A DNA stretch of 63,349 nucleotides, filler included, from an uncultured bacterium (GTDB lineage Bacteria; CAYSBA01), in assembly GCA_964429075.1 (NCBI GenBank). It is 22 parts of 22 records of this genome, joined end to end, with 100 filler letters (N's around TTAATTAATTAA, not from the genome) between each part and the next. Parts side by side here need not be neighbours in the genome. Positions count along the whole stretch, not along the records: positions 8,978 to 11,841 come from CAYSBA010000246.1; positions 11,942 to 14,801 come from CAYSBA010000247.1; positions 14,902 to 17,755 come from CAYSBA010000248.1; positions 17,856 to 20,690 come from CAYSBA010000249.1; 18 more parts are not named here. One strand, given 5' to 3'. Below are positions 10,132 to 19,880 of this stretch, piece by piece (the stretch's first letter is position 1; each line of letters starts with the position of its first letter). A program made the position numbers and the translations under genes. The notes beneath the pieces were generated by a model. It was not told the origin of the DNA and searched no databases. It saw only the letters and a program-made list of their open reading frames with translations.

Positions 10132-11571
10132 TTGGCTATAGACAAAAATAAATGCCTTGCTGCAGCCACAAAATATCTGCAAAAAAGGCAGTATGAAAAG
10201 GCAATAAAAGAATACCAGAAGATAGAAAAAGAGGATCCAAACAACACCAGAATACTCATGAAGATTGCAGAGACCTATATGATAGCCAAAAACACAGAAA
10301 AGGCAACAGAATACTATCTTAAGGTGGCAAAGAAGTTCCAACAGGAGGGTTTTTTCCCAAAAGTTGTAGCAATATATAAGCAGATCATAAAGTTAGATCC
10401 ATCTAATATAGATGTGACCAAAAAACTTGCCACGCTGTATACAGAGATGGGTCTTATTGGGGAGGCACTTAAACAGTACAACAATATAATTAACGATTAC
10501 ATAAGACGTAAAGACTACAAGAGGGCAAAAGAGACTATCCAGAAGATGCTGCAGATATCTCCAAACAACATTTCTGTAAACATACGATTAGCGGACATCT
10601 ATGTCCTTGAAAATGATATTGAAAGGGCAAAACATCTCTATTCAAGGATTGCAAAGTTTCTTGTAGAAAAGGGTAAGATTGATGAATATCTCCTCATTGT
10701 AGATAGACTTGTAAGGATCGAACCAGACAACCTGAATCACATAAAAAATGCAGCAAGGACACTCCTCAAAATGGGTTATCCAAAACAGGCAATTGTCAAA
10801 CTACAGACAGGTTATCAGAAAAACCCCGAGGATATCGATATCCTGTCACTGCTTGCAGAGGCATTCTACCAGCTCGGTCAGGTTACCAAGGTTGCATCCA
10901 TATACAAAGAACTTGCAAGGATATTCAAACAACAAAATAGAATAGATAAGACACAGGAGATCTACAAAAAATTACTCCAGATCCTTCCTGATGATCCTGA
11001 GGCGGCAAAAATCATGGAGAAGATAAAAGGCGAAGATGCTGCAAAACTACCTGAGAGTGACCTTAAAAAGCAAGAGGCCCGGGATTCAAATATGAAAAAG
11101 AGAACTATAACACTCCAGGCTGCAGGTTCATCAACAAAAAAGCCAAAAGCACAGCGTAAAGAACAGATGCTGTTTGAGGCGCAATCCTACATAAAACTTA
11201 ATCTCAAAGAAAAGGCATGTAACCTTCTGGAGGAATTACTCAAATCCTATCCTGATGACCCTGAAATATTTAAATTGCTTATCGAGTTATATCTAGATCT
11301 TAAGGATTTTATCAATGCAACAGATAAGATATTCCAGGCTGCTAACATCCTGCCAAAAGAAGAATTAAGAGACTTTATAGAGAGGGCTCTAAAAGATGAT
11401 CCCGAAAATCCACGACTCAAAGAGGCCCTATCAGCCTTAGAGTCCGGCAGGGAACTGAAAAAAAGAGACGATGTACTGAAGGACCAGGATATTGAAATAG
11501 AGATCGGGATGCAGGATGGAAATCTCGATGACGATTTTATCCTCGACGACATCGATATAGTTGAGGAGTAA
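10132..11571 (+). CDS. TPR repeat protein, SgmX-like N-terminus
   Basis: Many TPRs; DKNK..AAA.K...YEKAIKEYQK...GFF.K.VA.YKQIIKL.P; acidic C-terminus. Confidence 0.75.
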   Translation: MAIDKNKCLAAATKYLQKRQYEKAIKEYQKIEKEDPNNTRILMKIAETYMIAKNTEKATEYYLKVAKKFQQEGFFPKVVAIYKQIIKLDPSNIDVTKKLATLYTEMGLIGEALKQYNNIINDYIRRKDYKRAKETIQKMLQISPNNISVNIRLADIYVLENDIERAKHLYSRIAKFLVEKGKIDEYLLIVDRLVRIEPDNLNHIKNAARTLLKMGYPKQAIVKLQTGYQKNPEDIDILSLLAEAFYQLGQVTKVASIYKELARIFKQQNRIDKTQEIYKKLLQILPDDPEAAKIMEKIKGEDAAKLPESDLKKQEARDSNMKKRTITLQAAGSSTKKPKAQRKEQMLFEAQSYIKLNLKEKACNLLEELLKSYPDDPEIFKLLIELYLDLKDFINATDKIFQAANILPKEELRDFIERALKDDPENPRLKEALSALESGRELKKRDDVLKDQDIEIEIGMQDGNLDDDFILDDIDIVEE

Positions 11572-11574
11572 GGG

Positions 11575-11841
11575 TTAATCACCCTTAAGGATGTTCAGAT
11601 ACTTCTCAAATTCAACCCTCCCTAGTTTGACCAGAAGCTGATATATCCTTGGATCAAATGGGTTGATATCTATTGCATCAACGAGTTTGGATACAGCCTC
11701 CTGGATATTACCCGACTGACTTAGCAACTTTGCGTACATATATAGAATGCCTGCAGTTGGTTCATATTTAGATAGAGATAGTCTTATATACCCCAGAAGT
11801 CTTTTGAAATCATCACCTTTTTTGTATTTCATAAGCACCGG
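11575..11841 (-). CDS. TPR-containing protein, C-terminal fragment
   Basis: YAKLLSQSGNIQEAVSKLVDAIDINPFDPRIY TPR pattern. Confidence 0.55.
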   Translation of the reverse strand, partial: PVLMKYKKGDDFKRLLGYIRLSLSKYEPTAGILYMYAKLLSQSGNIQEAVSKLVDAIDINPFDPRIYQLLVKLGRVEFEKYLNILKGD

Positions 11842-11941
11842 NNNNNNNNNNNNNNNNNNNNNNNNNNNNNNNNNNNNNNNNNNNNTTAATTAATTAANNN
11901 NNNNNNNNNNNNNNNNNNNNNNNNNNNNNNNNNNNNNNNNN

Positions 11942-13621
11942 TGCGTAGGGTCTGTATATTGCGCCTTTGAACTCTCCTCCCTCTTCGGGTAGAGCAAAGT
12001 ATTTTTCAAGCACTCTATCATAAAAATCAGACTGCTCTTCATCAAGTTCAAAGAACCATTCAACAGGGTCTTCAACTCTTGAAAGTTCTGAAAGCTCATT
12101 CTTATACAGAGGATTTTCCTTGAGATCCAGTCTGTTTCGTCTTATTGTTACAGGTTCGATAATGGATTTAATCTGCGCAGCTAGATAAAAAGAGCGCTCC
12201 TTTACTTTTCTTAAATCAACCACACCCTCTCCGAAAAGCTCTCTGTAATAAGCAAGAGCCCTCTGTTTTTTTCTAAAATCTGTTGAGCTGTGATATTTCT
12301 TTATATATGAAAGTTTGTAAAAGGTTTTTTTGTACACCTGAAATCTTATTTCTAAGTTATCATCCAGTGTAATTGTGGACTTTTTTGGAGTTATAAAGAG
12401 CTTGAGAAGCGAAAATATATCAGAGGGCCTGTTATTGAATGGTGTTGCAGTCAGCAAAATGACTTTTTTTCCTCTTAAGATGTTTTTTAAGAGTTCATAG
12501 GCCTTGGTATCCTGGTTTCTAAAACGATGTGCTTCATCTAAAATGACAACCTCTATATCCTTTGCACGCCTTACGAATTCTAAAATCTCTTCAAGATTAC
12601 CAAGAGAGAAGGCATCCCACCCAAGGGCAGACAGATGAAAATCTTCGAGATATTTTTTCCATCCCTCCTTAGAGGTCCTTGTTCCAATGAGTCCAGGAGG
12701 TGCAATAACAATCCCTCGTTTTTTGAGTTCAAAGGCAACCGAACATGCAATAACAGTTTTTCCAAGACCTACTACATCAGCAATAATAACTCCATCATTC
12801 TCTTTTAGAATAGATAGAGCCTGCTTTACAGCATCAATCTGATATCTATATTCTCTATAGCCATTTTCTCTTAACACATCTATTAGTCTTGTACTTATCT
12901 CTTTTCCTCTGAATGTATCAAGGTATGTTTTTAAAACAAGTGCATAAGCCTCAAATGGCGTAATCTTTTTTACCAGCGTCTCTTTTTCTATTACATCAAG
13001 GAGTTTCTCTTTTATCTGTTCATCTTCGGTTATAGATATTGAATTGCTGTCGTTCCACAGTGCGTCAAAATACTTTTCTGCATCATCAAAGCCATAGTCG
13101 CTGATCTCTACATTGAACTCCCCCTGAGAACCAAGACCAGCTCTTGTTAGATTACTACTTCCAGTGATAAATAGCCTATCTCTTGCTATCTGATCTTTGT
13201 TTAACTTAAAGAGATATAGCTTTGCATGGTTAGGCCTTAGTGTTTTTCTTATTATTAATCTGTCATTTCTGATAAGATCTAAAAAATAATTGACCTGTTC
13301 ATAAAACTCCCTGTTGTCGAATTCTTCTGTGTTTATTGATTTTCTGATTGAGCTGAAGAAATCGTATATCTTTTCTTCATCCGATTGATACTTGTTATCC
13401 TTTGCAACCTCCACAATGCCATTTATTGTCCTATCAACATCAAGGCCCACAAGGATTTTTAATACAAAATCGTTGTTTTCTCTGAGTGCATCATAGAGCT
13501 CCCTGATACCGGAAAAATAAAAGAAACCCACAAGAAATTTTAGTTCATAACTCTTTGATATTAGCTCATATAGCCTCTTTTTGAGGTCCTTTGTACGATT
13601 GTTTGTTATAAATCCAGACAT
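11942..13621 (-). CDS. PLD-nuclease-domain SNF2/SF2 helicase (3' truncated)
   Basis: VGFFYFSG, HAKLY and ITGSSNLT (PLD-like); ADVVGLGKT Walker A, DEAHRFRN, LLTATPFNN. Confidence 0.88.
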
Positions 13622-13709
13622 ACCAATTGTTATTTGTAAATTAAACTCATACTTTTATATCAGATTTTTTTCAAGAAATACATAATGGATTCCCAAAGGG
13701 ATTGCGTAC

Positions 13710-13738
13710 TTGACAATCAACTTAATGAATAATATAAA
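13710..13738 (+). promoter_or_regulatory. sigma70 promoter of rplM-rpsI
   Basis: TTGACA-17 nt-TATAAA, 50 nt upstream of rplM. Confidence 0.65.
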
Positions 13739-13787
13739 GCCTTTGTCATCTTGATTCTGTTTTTAAGATATAAGAGAGGGATAAAAC

Positions 13788-14216
13788 ATGAAGGTTACAA
13801 AATTCTTTAAGCCCGAAGAGGTTGGGTCAAAATGGTATCTTGTAGATGCTAAGGGCAAATCTCTGGGCAGAATTTCCACAAAGATAGCAGATATCTTGAG
13901 AGGGAAACATAAACCAACCTATACTCCAAATCAACCATGTGGAGATTTTGTTGTTGTAATCAATGCTAAGGATGTAGAAATAAAGGCAAATCCGGACAAA
14001 AGATTCTATTATTCTCACTCTGGCTACCCTGGAGGGCTTAAGGTTAAAACATTCACTCAACTCAAAAAGACCTTCCCTGAAAGGTTAATATACCACAGTG
14101 TCAAGGGAATGCTACCCAAAAATAAGCTCAGCAGAAGATTAATAAAACATCTTAAGGTTTACAGAGGTCCAGAACATCCTCATGCTGCACAAAAACCAGA
14201 ACCCATAGACCTTTAA
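13788..14216 (+). CDS. rplM: 50S ribosomal protein L13
   Basis: [11 protein letters not shown]...[45 protein letters not shown]. Confidence 0.98.
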   Translation: MKVTKFFKPEEVGSKWYLVDAKGKSLGRISTKIADILRGKHKPTYTPNQPCGDFVVVINAKDVEIKANPDKRFYYSHSGYPGGLKVKTFTQLKKTFPERLIYHSVKGMLPKNKLSRRLIKHLKVYRGPEHPHAAQKPEPIDL

Positions 14217-14234
14217 TATCTTTGTGAGGTAAAA

Positions 14235-14657
14235 ATGACAGAGACAAAAAATCAAAATCAGGCACAACAAACAAAGATTTATTATGGACTTGGCAGGAGA
14301 AAAACATCCACAGCACGGGTGTGGATGCGACCTGGTAAGGGTATTATCAGAGTAAACAAACGCCCAATCGATGAGTATTTCCCAAGAGAAATCCTCAGAA
14401 AGATAATCATGGAGCCCCTTATCCTGACCAAAATGGAGAATCTTTTTAATATAAAGGTAAATGTGCGTGGTGGAGGCCTTTCAGGCCAGGCCGGTGCTAT
14501 CAGACTTGGTATAAGTCGTGCACTTCTTGAGTATGACCCAACGCTACGTCCAATTCTTAAAAAAGAGGGCCTTTTAACACGTGACGCTCGTATGAAGGAG
14601 AGGAAGAAATATGGCCTCCATGGCGCCAGGAGAGGGATGCAATACTCCAAGCGTTGA
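14235..14657 (+). CDS. rpsI: 30S ribosomal protein S9
   Basis: [43 protein letters not shown]...QYSKR. Confidence 0.98.
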   Translation: MTETKNQNQAQQTKIYYGLGRRKTSTARVWMRPGKGIIRVNKRPIDEYFPREILRKIIMEPLILTKMENLFNIKVNVRGGGLSGQAGAIRLGISRALLEYDPTLRPILKKEGLLTRDARMKERKKYGLHGARRGMQYSKR

Positions 14658-14667
14658 AGAAAGGAAA

Positions 14668-14801
14668 ATGGGGAAAGATACATCTTCTTTTACAACCCTA
14701 CCTATAGAGTGGCAAATTCATCTACTAAAAAAAAAGCCACACTATTTAATTCTATTTATTTTAATCACAACTCTATTTGCCTATCTTGTTCTCATTAACA
14801 G
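14668..14801 (+). CDS. Hypothetical membrane protein, N-terminal fragment
   Basis: ATG after AAGGA, MGKDTSS...hydrophobic stretch to contig end. Confidence 0.45.
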
Positions 14802-14902
14802 NNNNNNNNNNNNNNNNNNNNNNNNNNNNNNNNNNNNNNNNNNNNTTAATTAATTAANNNNNNNNNNNNNNNNNNNNNNNNNNNNNNNNNNNNNNNNNNN
14901 NC

Positions 14903-16093
14903 ATTGTAGGCTCTGAAGATGGGTGGCTATATGCAATAAGGCCAGATACCGGGTATCTTTTATGGAGTTATAATTTAGGGTTACAGATTACATCCTTTTA
15001 TCCGTTTGATATTGATAATGATGGTCTTTCTGAGATTATTATAACACTAAACGATGGAAGTGTGCATTTTTTAGGCACCTCTCAATTAGATCCACCCGGT
15101 TTTGTTTATGATGTCTCTATTGATATAGATGGTAATCCAACTGTCAGTTACGATCTTGATGAAATGGAGCAAACAGATCGTGTTGGTTTTATATGGGAGG
15201 ATGTTGAGGGAGCAGAATACTACATGCTGAGGATTGTCTCTTCGAATGGATTTGCAATCACAGACTGGCAAAGATTCACAGAACCATTTGGATATTTTAC
15301 CGATCTCAAACTCCCATTTGGCGGAAATTTTCATGCAGAGGTAAAGGCTATCTCTGATGGGAAGGTATCACCAATAAGAAAGAGCGATGGATTTACAATA
15401 GAGGATATCTCGCCGCCTGTGATTGATTATTTCAGGGTCAATGAGGAGCCAGTAAATCCTGAGAAAACAAAAATAGAAATTGGGTTTAAAGCAGAGGACA
15501 GGACCACACTTTTGGCATACTCTATTGATATAGATGGTCAAAGTCTGTTTGATGAAAACATTAATCAGTCAACGATTGAGAGGGATATAATCTGGGATGG
15601 GATACTAAAAAATGGGGTTTTAATAGAAGATGGAATTCATACATTAAGATTGACTGTAAGAGACAGCGAAGATCATACAGATGTTGCCACCACAACCCTG
15701 AGTATAGATACAGTCGGTCCAGAGGTAGAGATCAGGACACCAAAAGAGGGGGATACTATAAATGATTCAATAGTTGTTGTCACGATACATACAGATGAAG
15801 AGGCTGATGTTGAGGTATACCTTTCTGATGGCTCCCTTTTCTGTGTGGCTGATTCAGCATATCAATCTGGTTACTTCAGCTGTCAAAAAGAGGTTGTTAA
15901 TGGCACATATACAATCTATGCGAAGGCAACAGACATGGCAGAAAATGTTTCCCTCTCCAAGGAGGTTAGTTTTACAGTAAACACTTCTGTTAGTTCAATG
16001 CATGGCTGTTCATGTAACAGCCCGGAATCTCTTTTCCTGTGGACCGCCTTATTATTAGTTGGCCTTTCACTACTTAGAGGATTAATTCTGTAA
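14903..16093 (+). CDS. Surface protein, C-terminal part: beta-propeller blades, Fn3/FlgD/Ig-like domains, MYXO-CTERM-like tail
   Basis: Frame open from contig start (GSEDGWLYAI..DTG.LLWSY; DIDNDGLSEII), WDG...DG.HTLRLTVRD, DTVGP, ends GCSCNSPESLFLWTALLLVGLSLLR. Confidence 0.75.
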   Translation: MVGSEDGWLYAIRPDTGYLLWSYNLGLQITSFYPFDIDNDGLSEIIITLNDGSVHFLGTSQLDPPGFVYDVSIDIDGNPTVSYDLDEMEQTDRVGFIWEDVEGAEYYMLRIVSSNGFAITDWQRFTEPFGYFTDLKLPFGGNFHAEVKAISDGKVSPIRKSDGFTIEDISPPVIDYFRVNEEPVNPEKTKIEIGFKAEDRTTLLAYSIDIDGQSLFDENINQSTIERDIIWDGILKNGVLIEDGIHTLRLTVRDSEDHTDVATTTLSIDTVGPEVEIRTPKEGDTINDSIVVVTIHTDEEADVEVYLSDGSLFCVADSAYQSGYFSCQKEVVNGTYTIYAKATDMAENVSLSKEVSFTVNTSVSSMHGCSCNSPESLFLWTALLLVGLSLLRGLIL

Positions 16094-17162
16094 GTATCTT
16101 GGTTATTCTATCTGCTGCATTACCATCCCATAAAGGAGGAATAGTCCCTTGCTTTGGATTTGAAATCTGCCTATAAAAAGCAGCTATTATATCATGCTTT
16201 TTTGTACCAACTACTATGTTGGTACCATGAGTAACAGTTACAGGTCTTTCAGTATTTTCTCTCAAAGTTATACAAGGAATTCCAAGGACTGTTGTTTCTT
16301 CCTGTATCCCTCCTGAATCTGTAAAAACGACCTTTGCCCCTTTTATTGCACCCAGAAAATCTATATATCCAATAGGCTCACCAAATAGTATATTGGCATC
16401 TTTCAGTAGGTCCAAAATTCCAAACCTCTCCATATTTTTTCTGGTTCTTGGATGTATTGGAAAAAAAAGCTTTAGATTCTGAGATATTTCTTTTAGTGCA
16501 TTTATTATTTCCCTTAATCTTTCTCTGTTGTCTACATTTTCTGGTCGATGCATCGTAACCAGTCCATAATCTACATCACGTAAATATTCAGGGACGCTTA
16601 GCCTGCTTATGACCTTCTTTAAACTGTCGATCATAACGTTACCTACAAAAAAGATCTTTTTTTCATCTACACCCTCATGTAACAGGTTTTTTCTACCAGA
16701 TTCTTCTGTAACAAAAAGTAAATCAGATATCCTATCTGTTACAATCCTATTTAATTCTTCTGGCATCTTAATGTCAAAACTTCTAAGCCCAGCCTCAACA
16801 TGAGCAAGCATTATATGCAATTTTTTTGTAACTATTGCACATGCGAGAGTAGAATTCACATCTCCAACAACAATTACAAGATCGGGTTTTTCTTGGATAA
16901 GTATCTTTTCAAACTCAATCATGATCCTGGCTGTCTGCTGCGCATGAGAACCGCTCCCTACTCCGAGGTAAAAATCTGGTTCTTTTATACTGAGTTGTTT
17001 AAAAAAAATATCAGACATATTGCTGTCGTAATGTTGGCCGGTATGTATTAATTGAACCTCAAATGCATCTATCTTCTGAAAAGACTCAAGCAGAGGTGCT
17101 ACTTTTACAAAATTTGGCCTTGTCCCTGCCACAAGAACAATCTTCACTTTTTTATTATTCAT
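16074..17162 (-). CDS. wecB: UDP-N-acetylglucosamine 2-epimerase (non-hydrolysing)
   Basis: GTRPNFVK, HTGQHYD, GDVNST, HVEAGLRS, TDSGGIQEE, LRENTERP. Confidence 0.95.
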   Translation of the reverse strand: MNNKKVKIVLVAGTRPNFVKVAPLLESFQKIDAFEVQLIHTGQHYDSNMSDIFFKQLSIKEPDFYLGVGSGSHAQQTARIMIEFEKILIQEKPDLVIVVGDVNSTLACAIVTKKLHIMLAHVEAGLRSFDIKMPEELNRIVTDRISDLLFVTEESGRKNLLHEGVDEKKIFFVGNVMIDSLKKVISRLSVPEYLRDVDYGLVTMHRPENVDNRERLREIINALKEISQNLKLFFPIHPRTRKNMERFGILDLLKDANILFGEPIGYIDFLGAIKGAKVVFTDSGGIQEETTVLGIPCITLRENTERPVTVTHGTNIVVGTKKHDIIAAFYRQISNPKQGTIPPLWDGNAADRITKILTELIL

Positions 17163-17755
17163 GTTTTGAATCCCTCTTGAATCTCGAAACCTTATATTTA
17201 AAAATTTTATATAAAAAATAGCTGTTGGTTATTAAATAGCGTTTCCATAGTCTACCAGGCTCTTGTAAAAGTCTATATAGCCATTCAAGACCTATTCTTG
17301 TCCATTCGGGTGCCCTCTTTTTTTCTCCAGCAAGTACATCAAAGGTTCCTCCTACACCAATTGCAACCTTTGCATTTATTTTTTCTTTATTTTTATAAAT
17401 CCACAACTCCTGTTTTGGTGATCCCATTGCAACAAGTAAGACATCAGCATTAGAATTGTTAATCTTATCAATTACCATATCCTCTGACTCAAAATATCCA
17501 TCATTAAAACCACAGACAACTGCACCCTTTGATGTTTCATTAATCAATACAGATAGCTTCTCAACAATATGAGGTTTTGCACCGAGCAAAAATAGCTTTA
17601 CCTTTGGAGACCTTGTTCTATTGATAAGATGTTCTACTAGTTCTATACCGCTGACTCTTTCTTTCAATTTTATACCAGTTAGTTTTGCACCTATAATAAT
17701 TGCCTGTTCTGGAATAATTAAATCAGAACTATTGATAACCTCTTTTAGCATTTTA
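17155..17755 (-). CDS. WecB/TagA/CpsF family glycosyltransferase (5' truncated)
   Basis: ERVSGIEL, VAMGSPKQE, GVGGTFDVLAG..KRAP, GLEWLYRL.QEP.RLWKRY. Confidence 0.92.
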
Positions 17756-17855
17756 NNNNNNNNNNNNNNNNNNNNNNNNNNNNNNNNNNNNNNNNNNNNT
17801 TAATTAATTAANNNNNNNNNNNNNNNNNNNNNNNNNNNNNNNNNNNNNNNNNNNN

Positions 17856-18834
17856 CTACCTCTTCTTCATAAAAATCTGCAACCTTGTTCAACATAGTAT
17901 CAAGGGCACCTGTGGCTTCACCAACAGCTATCATTTGAACAGGCATAGAAGGAAATATTCCCTCCTTCATAAGAGGCTGTGATAGATTTGATCCCTCTTT
18001 TACCTTTTGTTTTACATTTAAGAGTGATTTTTTTATGATCACATTATCTATAGTTTTACTAACTGTGTCTATACAATCTAAGAGTGGAACTCCACTGGCA
18101 AGCATTGTCCCCATTGTACGTGTAAAGCGTGCAACTGTTATCTTAATAAGTATATCTCCAAACAGGGGCATTTTTAAGATAGCCCTATCAAACAGCTCTT
18201 TACCTACTTTTGAATTCAGGAAGGTCTTAATTGCTATTACAATTCCAGTAATGCCAATAAGGATATAGACTATATTACTCACAACAAGGTCACTGAGTCC
18301 TATTAATACTTCAGTCATGGCAGGTAATTTCTGATTAAACCCTGCGAACATATCTTTAAATTTTGGTATAACGAATACAAGAAGGACGGTAAGCACGACC
18401 CCAGCAACACCCAAAACCATAACAGGATAGGAGAAGGCCTTTTTTATCTGTTTGACCAGTTTCTGGTTTTTCTCAATGTATTCTGCCAGTCTGTTCAGGA
18501 TTGTATCCAAAACGCCTCCCATCTCGCCAGCTGCAACAAGGTTTACAAAGAGATTATCAAAGACCTTCGGGTGTTTTTTTAAGGCCTCTGCTAAGGTGGC
18601 TCCCTCTTCTACACTCTTTTTGACACTGTTTATTACCTTTTTCATGGTTGGATTTTCTGTCTGGGATTCGAGGATATCAAGACAGGTAACAAGGGGTAGT
18701 CCGGCATCGATCATGGTAGAAAACTGTCTGGTAAAGAGTACAATGTCTTCAGTCTTTACCTTTGGTTCACCACCAATCTTAATCTCGTTAAGCCTCTGTA
18801 TGAGAGACTTTTGTTCTGCCGATGCCTCTGCCAT
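17856..18834 (-). CDS. pilC: Type IV pilus platform protein PilC / T2SS F family (3' truncated)
   Basis: FTRQFSTMIDAGLPL, AGEMGGVLD, RFTRTMGTMLASGVP, AVGEATGALDTMLNKVADFYEEEV. Confidence 0.93.
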
Positions 18835-18868
18835 ACAAATCTATTATATAACACACTTACAATCATTA

Positions 18869-18884
18869 TTCAAATATTGTGCCA
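18869..18884 (-). promoter_or_regulatory. Putative sigma54 (-24/-12) promoter for pilC
   Basis: TGGCAC-AATAT-TTGAA on the minus strand, 35 nt upstream of the pilC ATG. Confidence 0.55.
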
Positions 18885-18898
18885 GATGCCTATTTGAG

Positions 18899-18927
18899 TT
18901 GACAAAGTACATTAATAACTGTATAGA
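18899..18927 (+). promoter_or_regulatory. sigma70 promoter of tRNA-Ile2
   Basis: TTGACA-17 nt-TATAGA just upstream of the tRNA. Confidence 0.55.
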
Positions 18928-18940
18928 TAAGGCCATGTTC

Positions 18941-19013
18941 GGGCCCATAGCTCAGTTGGCAGAGCCACCGGCTCATAACCGGAAGGTCCCTGGTTCGAAT
19001 CCAGGTGGGCCCA
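18941..19013 (+). tRNA. tRNA-Ile2 (anticodon CAT, lysidine type); CCA not encoded
   Basis: GGGCCCA/TGGGCCC acceptor stem, GCTC/GAGC D stem, CT-CAT-AA loop, CCTGG-TTCGAAT-CCAGG T arm; the acceptor stem fits Ile2 rather than Met. Confidence 0.9.
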
Positions 19014-19103
19014 CAGACGAAAATCCCTTTCACATTGATAAACGAAAAAATAGGCTCAAGTTACAAGCTGAGAAGTCTAACATATTTCTTTATAAATACT
19101 GTT

Positions 19104-19130
19104 GGGCGCACGGTGCGCCCTTTTTATTTT
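19104..19130 (+). terminator. Intrinsic terminator between tRNA and zinc-ribbon gene
   Basis: GGGCGCA-CGG-TGCGCCC followed by TTTTTATTTT. Confidence 0.75.
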
Positions 19131-19154
19131 TTCAACTTCTAAATGAGGTACATC

Positions 19155-19880
19155 ATGACAGATCTAATGAAAAACTTATGGAAACTTCAAAAGATTGACA
19201 AAGAAATCCTTGCACTTCTTAACGAGAGAGAAGAAAAAGAAGATGTCCTTGATAAGATCAAAGAAGATTTGGACAAAGAGAAGGCATCTTTTGACAAACT
19301 GAAGTCCATGAAAGAAAGCCTTGAAGAGGATAAAGAGGCAAAGGAGCTGATATTAAAAAATCACATAAAAAAGGTCAAGCAGTGGGAAAATAGGCTCATA
19401 GGTATAAAGAGTACAAGAGAGTACAATGCATTACAACGTGAGATTGCCAATGCCAAGGAACTAAAAGACAAGTTAGAAAGTGAGATACTGTATATTCTGG
19501 AAGAAATTGATAAAATAACCACCCGTATGGATGAGATAAACGAAAAGATATCAGAGCTTGAAAAGGAGTTAAAGGAGGCAGAAGATAAGTATAGAGAGAA
19601 GATCAATACATATAACAATAAGATTGATCAGCTAAAAAAACAAAGAGAAGATTTTATCACCGGTTTTGACAAACGGATCATTCATAAATATGAGGCAATA
19701 CGAAAGACAAGAAATGGTATAGGTGTAGCCCTTGTGGTTAACAATATCTGTACAGGATGTAATATTCAACTGAGACCCCAGCTTGCCAATATTATCCAGA
19801 GTGGTAAAGTAATTGAGACTTGTCCAAACTGCCAGCGTCTCATTATATGGGAAGGTTTTATCAATAATGGAGAAGAATAG
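19155..19880 (+). CDS. Coiled-coil C4-type zinc-ribbon protein (DUF164/CT398-like)
   Basis: LWKLQKID, long coiled coil, REYNALQREI, CTGC...CPNCQRLI; likely start is MTDLMK after GAGG (track starts at 19143). Confidence 0.88.
   Translation: MTDLMKNLWKLQKIDKEILALLNEREEKEDVLDKIKEDLDKEKASFDKLKSMKESLEEDKEAKELILKNHIKKVKQWENRLIGIKSTREYNALQREIANAKELKDKLESEILYILEEIDKITTRMDEINEKISELEKELKEAEDKYREKINTYNNKIDQLKKQREDFITGFDKRIIHKYEAIRKTRNGIGVALVVNNICTGCNIQLRPQLANIIQSGKVIETCPNCQRLIIWEGFINNGEE

Noticed and set aside
18966..18984. A-A mismatch at the top of the tRNA anticodon stem
   Set aside because: Mismatches at 27-43 are tolerated and the rest of the cloverleaf is canonical, so it is not evidence of a pseudo-tRNA
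19066..19075. GCTGAGA suggesting a TPP riboswitch
   Set aside because: Lacks the CCTGAT...TAATGCC...GCG.AGG half; kept only as an unclassified leader candidate
18452..19198. 248-aa plus-strand ORF
   Set aside because: It is an antisense shadow of pilC running through the tRNA, with no protein-like features
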